NCBI GenBank assembly: GCA_023511915.1 | Contig: JAIMAN010000006.1 | Location: 3,284-67,283, forward strand | Direction: 5' to 3' | DNA from: Armatimonadota bacterium | GTDB lineage: Bacteria > Armatimonadota > Fimbriimonadia > Fimbriimonadales > GBS-DC | Length of the DNA stretch: 64,000 bases | Program-made: the position numbers and the translations under genes | The notes under the pieces: generated by a model | Seen by the model: only the letters and a program-made list of their open reading frames with translations | Told to the model about the DNA's origin: nothing | Database searches by the model: none | Shown here: positions 56,174 to 63,991 of the stretch, in pieces | Position numbering within the stretch: the first letter of the stretch is position 1 | Layout of the letters: each line of letters opens with the position of its first letter

Positions 56174-56509
56174 TCAAAAACTAAACGCTTGGCGGAAACG
56201 CTCTAAAACATCCGCAAGGTCAGCGTCCGTAATGCGTCCTACATACTCCACCAACTCGTTCTGCTTGAGCGTTATCGGGTTGCACTTCACATAGGAGGCT
56301 TTGCGCAGTCCTGCCTCGCGCCAGTCATGCAAAACGCAGTCCGTTTTGCATTTCGCGCGTTCAATTTTGGTGCTAATCGGCAGCACGATCACATCGCCTC
56401 GGCAACGAGAGTACTCTGCAGTGCTGATTACTACTGCTGGGCGATGCTTGTTCTCAGGGTTGAATATGTCGGCGATGAGCCATACATCACCTTGATTAGG
56501 CGTCCTCAT
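56174..56509 (-). CDS. mazF: PemK/MazF family toxin
   Basis: Contains MRTPNQGDVWLI...HRPAVVIS...VIVLPIST. The start at ATG 56509 overlaps the antitoxin stop by 14 nt. Confidence 0.75.
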   Translation of the reverse strand: MRTPNQGDVWLIADIFNPENKHRPAVVISTAEYSRCRGDVIVLPISTKIERAKCKTDCVLHDWREAGLRKASYVKCNPITLKQNELVEYVGRITDADLADVLERFRQAFSF

Positions 56510-56783
56510 CCTCGTCCCAGCAGTGCCTGCGTCCGAGACGGCTCCATGCAAGGTCTTCCGCCGTCTCCTCGATGTCGTCGACGGCGAAGTAGAGCGTTGG
56601 CGTTGGGGTCGTTAGGAAAGTGAAGGCTTGCTTCTCGTAGGTTCGGCGCGGCTTTTGCGAGGAAGGCTTGGACACATACACGGGCAAGAACCCCTGCTGT
56701 GCCCACTGGAGCAACACCTGTTCCTCGATCCCGAGCCGTTGCGCGGCTTGACTGAGCGTTATGTATCGCATCATCATCCACAT
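56496..56783 (-). CDS. Antitoxin with N-terminal helix-turn-helix
   Basis: Contains ITLSQAAQRLGIEEQVLLQWAQQGFLP (MerR/excisionase-like HTH) and an acidic C-terminus. It lies upstream of and overlaps mazF. Confidence 0.6.
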   Translation of the reverse strand: MWMMMRYITLSQAAQRLGIEEQVLLQWAQQGFLPVYVSKPSSQKPRRTYEKQAFTFLTTPTPTLYFAVDDIEETAEDLAWSRLGRRHCWDEDEDA

Positions 56784-56839
56784 CCCCTAAGAGGGACGCC
56801 CTCCAGTCAATAGTATACCACATTTCAGCGCGCTGGAAT

Positions 56840-57301
56840 ATGATCCCCACTGCTGAAGCACACTGCCCAACGGGTATCCTTACAGGTATGGACGGCGAAC
56901 TGGTCTGGAAAGGCAACATGCTGTTTGAGGGCGCGTGCGACATCACGGGGCACAAGGTGCTGTTCGATGCCCATCCGCAGTCAGGCGGGAACGATGTCGC
57001 CGCGACGCCGATGGAACACCTGCTGCTGGCACTCGCGGCATGTACGGCGATGGATGTCGTAGCCATCCTGCGCAAGATGAAGCAGGAGCTGACCGCCTAC
57101 CGCATTGAGATTCACGGCGAGCGACACCCCGAACACCCCCGCCGCTTCACGGAAGTGACGATCACCCACTACCTGCAGGGCAACAACTTAGACCCGAAGG
57201 CGGTGGAGAAGGCGGTCAAGCTCTCGGACGAGAAATACTGCTCGGCGTCGGCGACGCTGCGCATGCCGACGGAGGTGCGCTCGGAGTTCGTGATTGAGTG
57301 A
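56840..57301 (+). CDS. OsmC family peroxiredoxin-like protein
   Basis: Contains PMEHLLLALAACTAMDV and SDEKYCSASATL (the two conserved Cys). An alternative start is ATG 56888. Confidence 0.75.
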   Translation: MIPTAEAHCPTGILTGMDGELVWKGNMLFEGACDITGHKVLFDAHPQSGGNDVAATPMEHLLLALAACTAMDVVAILRKMKQELTAYRIEIHGERHPEHPRRFTEVTITHYLQGNNLDPKAVEKAVKLSDEKYCSASATLRMPTEVRSEFVIE

Positions 57302-58011
57302 TGGTCGTGCGCTCGGACGATTGGCTGTATCGCGCAGGTTGGGTGCTGGTGCGGGTCGTTGCGCGGCTGGTGTGGCGGCTGGAGGTGCAGGGCGCGTCGA
57401 ATGTGCCGCTGGAGGGCGCGGCGATTATCGCGCCGAATCATTTGAGCCTGCTCGATCCGCCGCTGATTGGCTGCGCCTGCCCGCGCGAGTTGCGGTTTAT
57501 CGCCAAAGCGGAGCTGTTCCGCTACGGGCTGTTCTCCAGACTCATCCGAAGGGTGGGCGCGTTCCCTGTGGAGCGCGGCACGGCGGATGTGGGCGCAATC
57601 AAGACCGCGCTGCAGTTTCTGCGGGACGGGCGCGCGGTGATTATCTTTATCGAGGGCACACGCGGCGCGGGCGAGCATCTGCTGCCCCCGACGCCAGGCG
57701 TGACGCTGCTGGCGCGTCATTCGGGTGCGCCTGTGGTGCCGACGGCGATTGTGGGCAGCGAGCAAGCGTGGCGCAAAGGCGCGAAACTGCCCCGCCGCGC
57801 ACAGGTCAAGGTCGCCTTCGGGGAGCCTGTGCGCTACGATGAGGTGTTCGGCGCACGCACCGACCGCGAAGCGCGCGACGCCTTCAGCGCACTCATTATG
57901 GAGCGGATTGAGGCGCTGACCCGCCAGTTGGGACGCCCGATTCCGCGCCTGCCGACGGGAGCGGGATTGGCAGCCAGCCCGACCGATCCAGTTCCGCCCC
58001 GTACAGTTTGA
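57298..58011 (+). CDS. plsC: 1-acyl-sn-glycerol-3-phosphate acyltransferase
   Basis: Contains the APNHLSLLD (NHxxxxD) and FIEGTR motifs. ATGA overlap with the OsmC stop. Confidence 0.8.
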   Translation: MMVVRSDDWLYRAGWVLVRVVARLVWRLEVQGASNVPLEGAAIIAPNHLSLLDPPLIGCACPRELRFIAKAELFRYGLFSRLIRRVGAFPVERGTADVGAIKTALQFLRDGRAVIIFIEGTRGAGEHLLPPTPGVTLLARHSGAPVVPTAIVGSEQAWRKGAKLPRRAQVKVAFGEPVRYDEVFGARTDREARDAFSALIMERIEALTRQLGRPIPRLPTGAGLAASPTDPVPPRTV

Positions 58012-59275
58012 CTCGCGCGAGTAGGTAGGCGCGTTCGGCGTTCGCCAGCGGGCGGTGCGGGAGCCACAGATGCAGCGCGTTGCCCGCGCGCCGCGCCGAC
58101 AACCGTCGGTTCGGATATCGCCAGCGCGTATCGCTCCAGTTGCCCTGCGCGTCGACGCTCAGCAGGGTCAGTTCCACTTGATACGGCGTGCGCAGGGGTT
58201 CGCGCGTTTCGAGGCTCACCCGCACGCCTTCGCGTCCCGCCTGCGCCTGCACGCTTGCCAAATCGGCGCGCGGCTGCAGATGAACGGCGGGGTTGTCGTC
58301 GGTGGGCAGGGTGTAGCGCGGGCGCGGGGGCGAGGCAGGCAGGAACAGCTCACTGCGCCGTATGAAACTGCTTAAAAAGCGCGCCAGAATCGCGTATTGC
58401 GACTCGTGGGCGCGGATGGCGTCGCGCTTGCGCTGCTGCGCGGCGTTGTCCAGCCAGAACACCTGCCACGGCTCGCCCAGAAGCCCCAGCGGCGGTGTCA
58501 GCGGGCGGTTCGGGTGCATGCCCTGCGGGAGCGGCCAGTCCCCGTAGTGGACGAGGTAGTAGTAGAGCGCAGGTGGGGCAATCTCGCCTGCTTGCACGGC
58601 TTGCGCAATCGCCTCGCGGGTCAGCAGCGCGGCGGCGGCGTGGTCTTCGTGGTCGTCCAGTGGGTGGGTGGTGAACACGCGCGTCGGCTGGAACGCGGTA
58701 ATCGCGCGGCGCAGGTCGTCTATCAGCGCGGGCGCGAGGTACGGCGCGTCGGGCGACTGCGCGTCGGCGTAGGGCACGGCGCGGGCGCGCGTGGCGCACG
58801 ACTCCTGCACGCGGTTCGGGCGTATGGTCATCGGCAGCAGCCCGCGATCGGGGTAGCCCAGAAACACGGCATCGTCAGGGCGCATCCCAAGCGTCTCCAG
58901 CCCGCGACGCGCCTCCTGCATGCGCAATCGCCCCAACTGCAAGCACTCGTCGGGGTCAGGCGCAGCGCGCGCGGTGAGCGCGGCGGCGACGGTGAACGCA
59001 TCGCCCGAAGTCAGGTACACCACGCGCACGGGGATCCCCTGCGCCGCCGCGGTCGCAATCAGCCCGCCACAGCCCAACGCTTCATCGTCGGGGTGCGGTG
59101 CGACAATCAGCAGACGGTCGTCGGGACGCAACGCGGGCAACGGGGGGTACTGGTGCGCCTCTTGCGAGAGGCTGGCGCGATGCGTCGCCGCCACAAATAG
59201 CAGCGCGCTCAGCCCGACATACGAGCCAAGCCCGCCCACAAGCGCGAGCGCAATCCGAACCGACCAGCGTTTCAC
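57896..59275 (-). CDS. PIG-L (LmbE-like) family deacetylase with N-terminal TM helix and C-terminal extra domain
   Basis: Contains LLIVAPHPDDEALGCGG. Start set at GTG 59275 (VKRWSVRIALALVGG...), because the upstream part of the track ORF is the antisense of tRNA-Ser. Confidence 0.7.
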   Translation of the reverse strand: MKRWSVRIALALVGGLGSYVGLSALLFVAATHRASLSQEAHQYPPLPALRPDDRLLIVAPHPDDEALGCGGLIATAAAQGIPVRVVYLTSGDAFTVAAALTARAAPDPDECLQLGRLRMQEARRGLETLGMRPDDAVFLGYPDRGLLPMTIRPNRVQESCATRARAVPYADAQSPDAPYLAPALIDDLRRAITAFQPTRVFTTHPLDDHEDHAAAALLTREAIAQAVQAGEIAPPALYYYLVHYGDWPLPQGMHPNRPLTPPLGLLGEPWQVFWLDNAAQQRKRDAIRAHESQYAILARFLSSFIRRSELFLPASPPRPRYTLPTDDNPAVHLQPRADLASVQAQAGREGVRVSLETREPLRTPYQVELTLLSVDAQGNWSDTRWRYPNRRLSARRAGNALHLWLPHRPLANAERAYLLARVKLYGAELDRSGWLPIPLPSAGAESGVPTGGSAPQSAP

Positions 59276-59297
59276 ACGCGACTCCCCTTCACAGCAG

Positions 59298-59388
59298 TGG
59301 CGGAGGGGGAGGGATTCGAACCCCCGTCCCACACGAGGTGGGATGCGGTTTTCAAGACCGCCGCCTTCAGCCACTCGGCCACCCCTCC
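59298..59388 (-). tRNA. tRNA-Ser (anticodon UGA), CCA encoded
   Basis: Minus strand reads GGAGGGGTGGCCGAGTGGCTGAAGGCGGCGGTCTTGAAAACCGCATCCCACCTCGTGTGGGACGGGGGTTCGAATCCCTCCCCCTCCGCCA. It has a 7-bp acceptor stem, anticodon loop CTTGAAA, a long variable arm and T-loop TTCGAAT. A TATAAT box at 59406-59401 lies 12 nt upstream. Confidence 0.9.
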
Positions 59389-59445
59389 GCGCGGTGTGCT
59401 ATTATACCCCAGCGCGGCGCGTGCAGGGTATACTCGCGCGCGAGT

Positions 59446-60345
59446 ATGGGCGTCGTTGTCGGGCTGGAGGGCGGCGGCACCAAAACGGGCTGCGCCGTGC
59501 TGAGCGAGCACGGGGAGCGGCTGGCATACGCCGAGGGCGGTCCCGCCAACTTGAACTTCGTAGATGAGGCGACGCAGCGCCAGTCGTTCGAGGACGCCTT
59601 GAACGGCGCGCTGGGGGGCATCGACGCGCCCGTGCGTGCGTTGGGCTACTGCGCCGCGGGCACACGCGCCAACTGGGACTGGGTTCTCCAACGGCTGGGC
59701 AACCCACCTGCCTACCCGATTGAAGAGTCGCGCATGGCGATGCTCAGCACGGGCGTCGAGACGGCGCATGGGGTAGCGGTCGTTGCGGGCACAGGCGCGC
59801 TGATTGGCGGGTTCGTGGACGACGAGTTAAAGGCGCAAATGAGCGGCTGGGGCGCGCTGCTGGGCGATGAGGGCAGCGCGTATGATGTCGCCATGCGCGC
59901 CATTCGCGCCGCTGTGCGCGCATGGGACGGGCGCGACCGCGAAACCGCGCTGGTTGAGGCGGTGCAACGCTACTTCGGCGTGCGCGACCTGCGCGAACTC
60001 GTGCCGCTGTTTTACGAGCGGGGCGTGCCGCGCCATGTAGTCGCGGGGTTCGCTATGCATGTGGTGGACACGGCGCGCGCCGACGACATGCGGGCGAAAT
60101 TCATCCTGCGTCAGGCAGGCGAGGAGTTGGCGCGCGACGCGCTCGCCTGCGCCGCGAAACTGTTCGAGCGCGACGACATCTTCACTGTCGCCATGACGGG
60201 CGGAATGTTCAAAAGCCGCATCTTCCGCAGGGCGTTCGAACGGGCGTTCGAACTGCTGTTCCCGTATGCCGAGTTTCGCGAACCTGTGATGCCGCCTGCG
60301 GAGGCGGTAGCGCGCGCCGCGCTGCGTCGGCTACGCGCGGGGTAG
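59446..60345 (+). CDS. BadF/BadG/BcrA/BcrD-type ATPase (N-acetylglucosamine kinase-like)
   Basis: Contains VVGLEGGGTKTGCAV, VVAGTGALIGG and GWGALLGDEGSAYD. Confidence 0.7.
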   Translation: MGVVVGLEGGGTKTGCAVLSEHGERLAYAEGGPANLNFVDEATQRQSFEDALNGALGGIDAPVRALGYCAAGTRANWDWVLQRLGNPPAYPIEESRMAMLSTGVETAHGVAVVAGTGALIGGFVDDELKAQMSGWGALLGDEGSAYDVAMRAIRAAVRAWDGRDRETALVEAVQRYFGVRDLRELVPLFYERGVPRHVVAGFAMHVVDTARADDMRAKFILRQAGEELARDALACAAKLFERDDIFTVAMTGGMFKSRIFRRAFERAFELLFPYAEFREPVMPPAEAVARAALRRLRAG

Positions 60346-61194
60346 CCACACGAAGTCGCCCAGCGCCGCGCGCACCTGCACGGGCTTGTCGCTCGGCGGC
60401 AGCGGCACGATCACGCGCGTTGTCAGCGTCGTGCGCATCCGCAAGCGCAACGAGATGCCCACATCGTACATCACATGCCCGTTCCCTGCCAGAATCACAA
60501 ACGCCAAGCGTGGCGAGGGCACAGTGCGCTCCAGATAGCGCAGCGCGGTGTCCGCCATGCCTGTGTCCCACACCACCTGCGCGGCATAGAAGTTGTCGTC
60601 GCCCTGCTGTCCTGTGGGGTGTCCGCCGCCCAGCAGCGCGTAGAACAATTTGCGGTGCGCCTCGATGCTAAGGTCAGGGTCGGGAATGCCCAATCGCTCG
60701 GCTTCGGGGATGCTTTGCCAGCCGCCGCGCGCCGTTTGGCGCACCAGCGTTCGCGGCACATTCAGCCCCACCAGCCGCAGCCGATGGCGGTAGACCACCT
60801 CGAAGATGGGGCGGTAGAGCGCGAAGTCGAAGCCCCACTGCGTGCGCCACTCGCTCTGCTCGATGAACTCCGCCTCGCGGAGCCGATTGAGCGTCCAGAG
60901 GTTCAGCTCAGGCTGCTTTGTGCGGTCGAACATCTCCATGCCGACAATCACGCTGCGCCCCGCCTGCACGAGGGCTTCGATCACCTGCGCCTGAAACTGG
61001 TGGTGCAGGGCGTTGTCGTGCAACTCGCCAATCAGGATAAAGGTCGCAGGCTCCAGCAGGCGCGTCATTTCGGCAAGGCTCACGGCGCGGCGACGGTGGG
61101 TATCGACAATCTCGTCGGGGCGCGCCGTCAGCAGGTACTGACGGCGCGGGTCGCCAATCGGCAGGGTGTACACAGTCTCGGGTTGCGTGCGCAT
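60331..61194 (-). CDS. ChaN family (DUF399, Tiki/erythromycin-esterase-like) protein
   Basis: Contains FILIGELHDNALHHQFQ and VGMEMFDR motifs. Start at ATG 61194. Confidence 0.6.
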   Translation of the reverse strand: MRTQPETVYTLPIGDPRRQYLLTARPDEIVDTHRRRAVSLAEMTRLLEPATFILIGELHDNALHHQFQAQVIEALVQAGRSVIVGMEMFDRTKQPELNLWTLNRLREAEFIEQSEWRTQWGFDFALYRPIFEVVYRHRLRLVGLNVPRTLVRQTARGGWQSIPEAERLGIPDPDLSIEAHRKLFYALLGGGHPTGQQGDDNFYAAQVVWDTGMADTALRYLERTVPSPRLAFVILAGNGHVMYDVGISLRLRMRTTLTTRVIVPLPPSDKPVQVRAALGDFVWLPRA

Positions 61195-61291
61195 CGCCAG
61201 CGAATTCGCTCCCTGTGCGCCGTTTCCTGCAGGAGTCTGGCAGCGCGGCGCGAACCGTGCGTCGGGTACAATACGCTTCGGAGGCAAACAG

Positions 61292-61618
61292 ATGCAGAAG
61301 GGTGTGGATCCGATAGGGATAGGCGTGATTGCGCTGGGCGTGGTGATGCTCATCGTGCTGGTGGTGATTAGCAACAATCAGATGCCGCAGCCGTTGCCCG
61401 CGCCGCAGACGCCCGATTTGAACGGCTTGGCGCGCAAGATCGAAGACCCGCTGTCGGCGGCGGTCGGCGCAGCGGGTATGGGCGGCGCGCCGATGATGGG
61501 CGGACCGACAGGCGGCTTTGGGGCTGCGCCGCCGCCCACCGCGCCGATGGGCGGACCCGCCGCGCCCGCAGGCGGCGGCATGGGCGGACGACGCGGCGAA
61601 ATGCCCGAAGATTACTGA
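61292..61618 (+). CDS. Small membrane protein with Gly/Pro/Met-rich tail (hypothetical)
   Basis: One TM helix (IGIGVIALGVVMLIVLVVI). GGAGG SD after a TACAAT box at 61267-61272. Confidence 0.45.
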   Translation: MQKGVDPIGIGVIALGVVMLIVLVVISNNQMPQPLPAPQTPDLNGLARKIEDPLSAAVGAAGMGGAPMMGGPTGGFGAAPPPTAPMGGPAAPAGGGMGGRRGEMPEDY

Positions 61619-61684
61619 AAACGCTCGGAACACAGGCAGAGATGCGCCGTCTATAGACTCTGCAAGGGTCGTCCTATGCATCTG

Positions 61685-61720
61685 GTGCACCTGCTATCCA
61701 AGGCGGGTGAGGATTGAAAC
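61685..61720 (+). CRISPR. Solitary CRISPR-repeat-like sequence GTGCACCTGCTATCCAAGGCGGGTGAGGATTGAAAC
   Basis: A 7-bp stem (CACCTGC/GCGGGTG) is followed by AGGATTGAAAC. Type I-C repeats typically end ...GTGGATTGAAAC, which is the 11-nt 5' handle left by Cas5c. There is only one copy and no array in this window. Confidence 0.35.
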
Positions 61721-61740
61721 CAGAGAGCATCTCTGCCAGA

Positions 61741-61765
61741 GGCTCGCATGCCGAGCCTTTTTTTT
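61741..61765 (+). terminator. Rho-independent terminator
   Basis: GGCTCG-CATGC-CGAGCC followed by TTTTTTTT. Confidence 0.85.
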
Positions 61766-61797
61766 ACGCGGGGTATCCTTACAATGGGTGATACGCG

Positions 61798-62361
61798 ATG
61801 CCAGCCCTGAAGACGCGCACGCTACCGAAGCGTAAACGCCGCTGGACAGAGGCAGACCTGCTCTGCCTGCCCGACGACGGACGCAAATACGAACTGGTGA
61901 ACGGGAGGCTTGTCGAAGTGCCGACAGGGGCGCGACACAGCCGAATCAGCGTGGAGATGGGTGCGCGACTCCATGCGGCGCGTCCGAGCGGGACAACTAT
62001 GTTTGCTTCCAGCACAGGCTTCCGCATGGCGCAGGGCAACATCCGTTCGCCCGATGTGTCGGTGATGCGCACGGATCGCCTGCCTGACGGCAAGGCGCCT
62101 GAAGGGTTCGTGGAGGGCGCGCCCGACCTCGCCGTCGAGGTGGTGTCGCCCAGCGAGCGGCTGAGCGACCTGCTGGCGAAGATGGCGGAATACTTCGAGT
62201 CGGGCGCGCAGGAGGTGTGGCTACTGTTCCCTGAGCGCAAGCAGGTGTACCGCTATCGCGCCGACCTCACGGTAGAGGTGCTGCACGAGAAAGACATCCT
62301 GCACGGCGCGCCGCTGCTGCCCGAATTCGCCGTGCGCGTGGGCGACCTGTTTGTAGAATAA
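61798..62361 (+). CDS. Uma2 family endonuclease (DUF820), second copy
   Basis: Contains YELVNGRLVEV...PDVSVM...PDLAVEVVSPSE...K...YFESGAQEVWLLFP. Confidence 0.75.
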   Translation: MPALKTRTLPKRKRRWTEADLLCLPDDGRKYELVNGRLVEVPTGARHSRISVEMGARLHAARPSGTTMFASSTGFRMAQGNIRSPDVSVMRTDRLPDGKAPEGFVEGAPDLAVEVVSPSERLSDLLAKMAEYFESGAQEVWLLFPERKQVYRYRADLTVEVLHEKDILHGAPLLPEFAVRVGDLFVE

Positions 62362-62383
62362 GCGCGTCGGGTACAATTTAGCT

Positions 62384-62962
62384 GTGCAGACGGTAACGCT
62401 GCCCGAGCCGACGCTACCGCCGATTATCCAGCGCGTGTGGCTCGACGAGCGCAAAATCAAGCGCAAGGTACGGCGTATCGCGCAACAGATTGACCGCGAC
62501 CACGCGGGGCTGAACCCCCACCTGGTCACGGTCATGAAGGGCGGGCTGTTTTTCTTGACCGACCTCGCCCGCGCGATGACCATCCCCCACACGCTGGACT
62601 TCCTCGCCATCACCAGCTACGGACCCCAGTCCCAATCGGGCGAGGTGCGCATCACCAAAGACCTCGACGAACCCATCGCGGGGCGCCATGTGATTATTGT
62701 GGAAGACATCTTGGACACGGGGCTGACGCTGGCGTACATCTATAAGACTCTGGAGCGGCGCAAGCCCGCCAGCCTCAAGGTGTGCGTGTTTTTAGACCGC
62801 CCCTACCGACGGCTGATTGACATCCCCATCGCCTACAAGGGCTTTGACGCGCCCGACGAGTTTCTGGTCGGCTACGGGCTGGACTGGCGGCAGCAGTATC
62901 GGAGCCTACCGTACATCGGGATTGTCAAGCCCGAAGTGCTGCGGGCAGAGATGCAAGGGTGA
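62384..62962 (+). CDS. hpt: Hypoxanthine phosphoribosyltransferase
   Basis: Contains VTVMKGGLFFLTDL and VIIVEDILDTGLTL (PRPP-binding). A TACAAT box at 62372-62377 lies 6 nt before GTG 62384. Confidence 0.85.
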   Translation: MQTVTLPEPTLPPIIQRVWLDERKIKRKVRRIAQQIDRDHAGLNPHLVTVMKGGLFFLTDLARAMTIPHTLDFLAITSYGPQSQSGEVRITKDLDEPIAGRHVIIVEDILDTGLTLAYIYKTLERRKPASLKVCVFLDRPYRRLIDIPIAYKGFDAPDEFLVGYGLDWRQQYRSLPYIGIVKPEVLRAEMQG

Positions 62963-62966
62963 AGCG

Positions 62967-63449
62967 ATGCGAACGACGCTGGCGCTATGGGTTGCGTTTC
63001 TGGTGATAATCGTGCTGTTTGCCGCCTCGTTGCTGGCTGCGCGTCAGGCGGGCGCAGGCGCGCTTGCCCGCGCGAACGCGCCCGCCATCCCGCCAGAGCG
63101 CGTCGTTTTGGACTCAAGCGACCTCGTTATCGAAGGCTGCGTCGCGCCGTTGCCGTCGGGCGAGCAGGAGGTGCGCCTCAAACTCTACAACACGGGGCTG
63201 ACCGCCCTGCGCGAGATGCGACTTGAGGTCGCTTTAGACGGCAAGCCGCCCAAGTCGCCCGCCTCGCCCATCACCATTCGCCGCTTCCCGCGCAAGGCAA
63301 CGCCCACAATTACCTTGCTGTTCGACAAGACCGCCCGCCGCAAACTCTCCGTCAAGGTGGATTATCGCTGGGGGCTGCTGGGATCGGGCGGCGGGTCTGC
63401 GTCCGCGTCCAAACTCCTGCCGCCCTGTCAGAGCGCGCCGAGCCAGTGA
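62967..63449 (+). CDS. Membrane-anchored hypothetical protein
   Basis: N-terminal TM helix MRTTLALWVAFLVIIVLFAASLL. No motif recognised. Confidence 0.4.
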   Translation: MRTTLALWVAFLVIIVLFAASLLAARQAGAGALARANAPAIPPERVVLDSSDLVIEGCVAPLPSGEQEVRLKLYNTGLTALREMRLEVALDGKPPKSPASPITIRRFPRKATPTITLLFDKTARRKLSVKVDYRWGLLGSGGGSASASKLLPPCQSAPSQ

Positions 63450-63991
63450 ACGCGCGCCTGCTCGATGACGAGTGCGCCGTCTGCGCCCTTGCGGAGCATA
63501 CCCAGCACCGCCACGCGGTCGCCCTGCAGCAGCGGCAGCGCGGGCGCGTCTACCCTGACCGCAACGGTCGCCTCGCCGAGCGCGTTGCGTACCTGTAGCA
63601 GCGCGTCAGGTTGCAGCCAGTCCGCCGCGACGACCGTGTTCAGCAGCAGCACGGGTGCGCCGTCGGGCAGCGCGGCAAGGCTTTCGATGCGCCGCACAGG
63701 TTGCGCCTCCGCCTCGCCCAGCAGCACGGGCAGGTTCACGCCCAGCCCTGCCGTCACCCACACCGCGCCAATCGAGCGCGCGGGCAGCCCGTCCGCGCGG
63801 GCAATCAGCGCGTAGACGCCCGCGGGCAGATGCACCGCCGCGAAAAAGCCGTTGCCGTCCGTTGTGAGCGTGCGCACGAGCGATCCCTCCCGATAGACCT
63901 CCACCGTCGCGCCGTCCACAGGCGTCAGCGTGCGGGCGTCCAGCACCGTGCCCATCAGATGCCCCGCCGTCGGCGCGAGTTTCCACGCCAT
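63428..63991 (-). CDS. Hypothetical protein with carboxypeptidase-regulatory-like domain (the N-terminus may extend beyond the window)
   Basis: Contains GTVLDARTLTPVDGATVEVY...TDGNGFFAAVHLPAGVY (CarboxypepD_reg-like). No in-frame stop lies between 63991 and the window end. Confidence 0.45.
   Translation of the reverse strand: MAWKLAPTAGHLMGTVLDARTLTPVDGATVEVYREGSLVRTLTTDGNGFFAAVHLPAGVYALIARADGLPARSIGAVWVTAGLGVNLPVLLGEAEAQPVRRIESLAALPDGAPVLLLNTVVAADWLQPDALLQVRNALGEATVAVRVDAPALPLLQGDRVAVLGMLRKGADGALVIEQARVHWLGAL

Larger units (their letters stand above)
61635..61765 (+). ncRNA. Candidate structured RNA: 11-bp closing stem, embedded CRISPR-repeat-like hairpin, intrinsic terminator
   Basis: GGCAGAGATGC (61635-61645) pairs perfectly with GCATCTCTGCC (61727-61737). 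The terminator lies at 61741-61765. Confidence 0.4.

Noticed and set aside
59276-59374. N-terminal extension of the PIG-L ORF (MAEGGGLENRIPPRVGRGFESLPLRHCC...)
   Set aside because: This stretch is the antisense translation of tRNA-Ser (GFESLPLRH is the classic T-arm artefact). A GTG with an upstream purine-rich SD at 59275 gives a sensible TM-helix N-terminus.
61635-61737. Interpretation of the structured intergenic RNA as SRP (4.5S) RNA, 6S RNA or a known riboswitch
   Set aside because: I could not find the SRP domain IV motifs (GGAA tetraloop, AGCA symmetric loop) or any riboswitch core I know. At about 100 nt it is too short for 6S RNA or RNase P. The CRISPR-repeat-like reading fits better but remains unproven.
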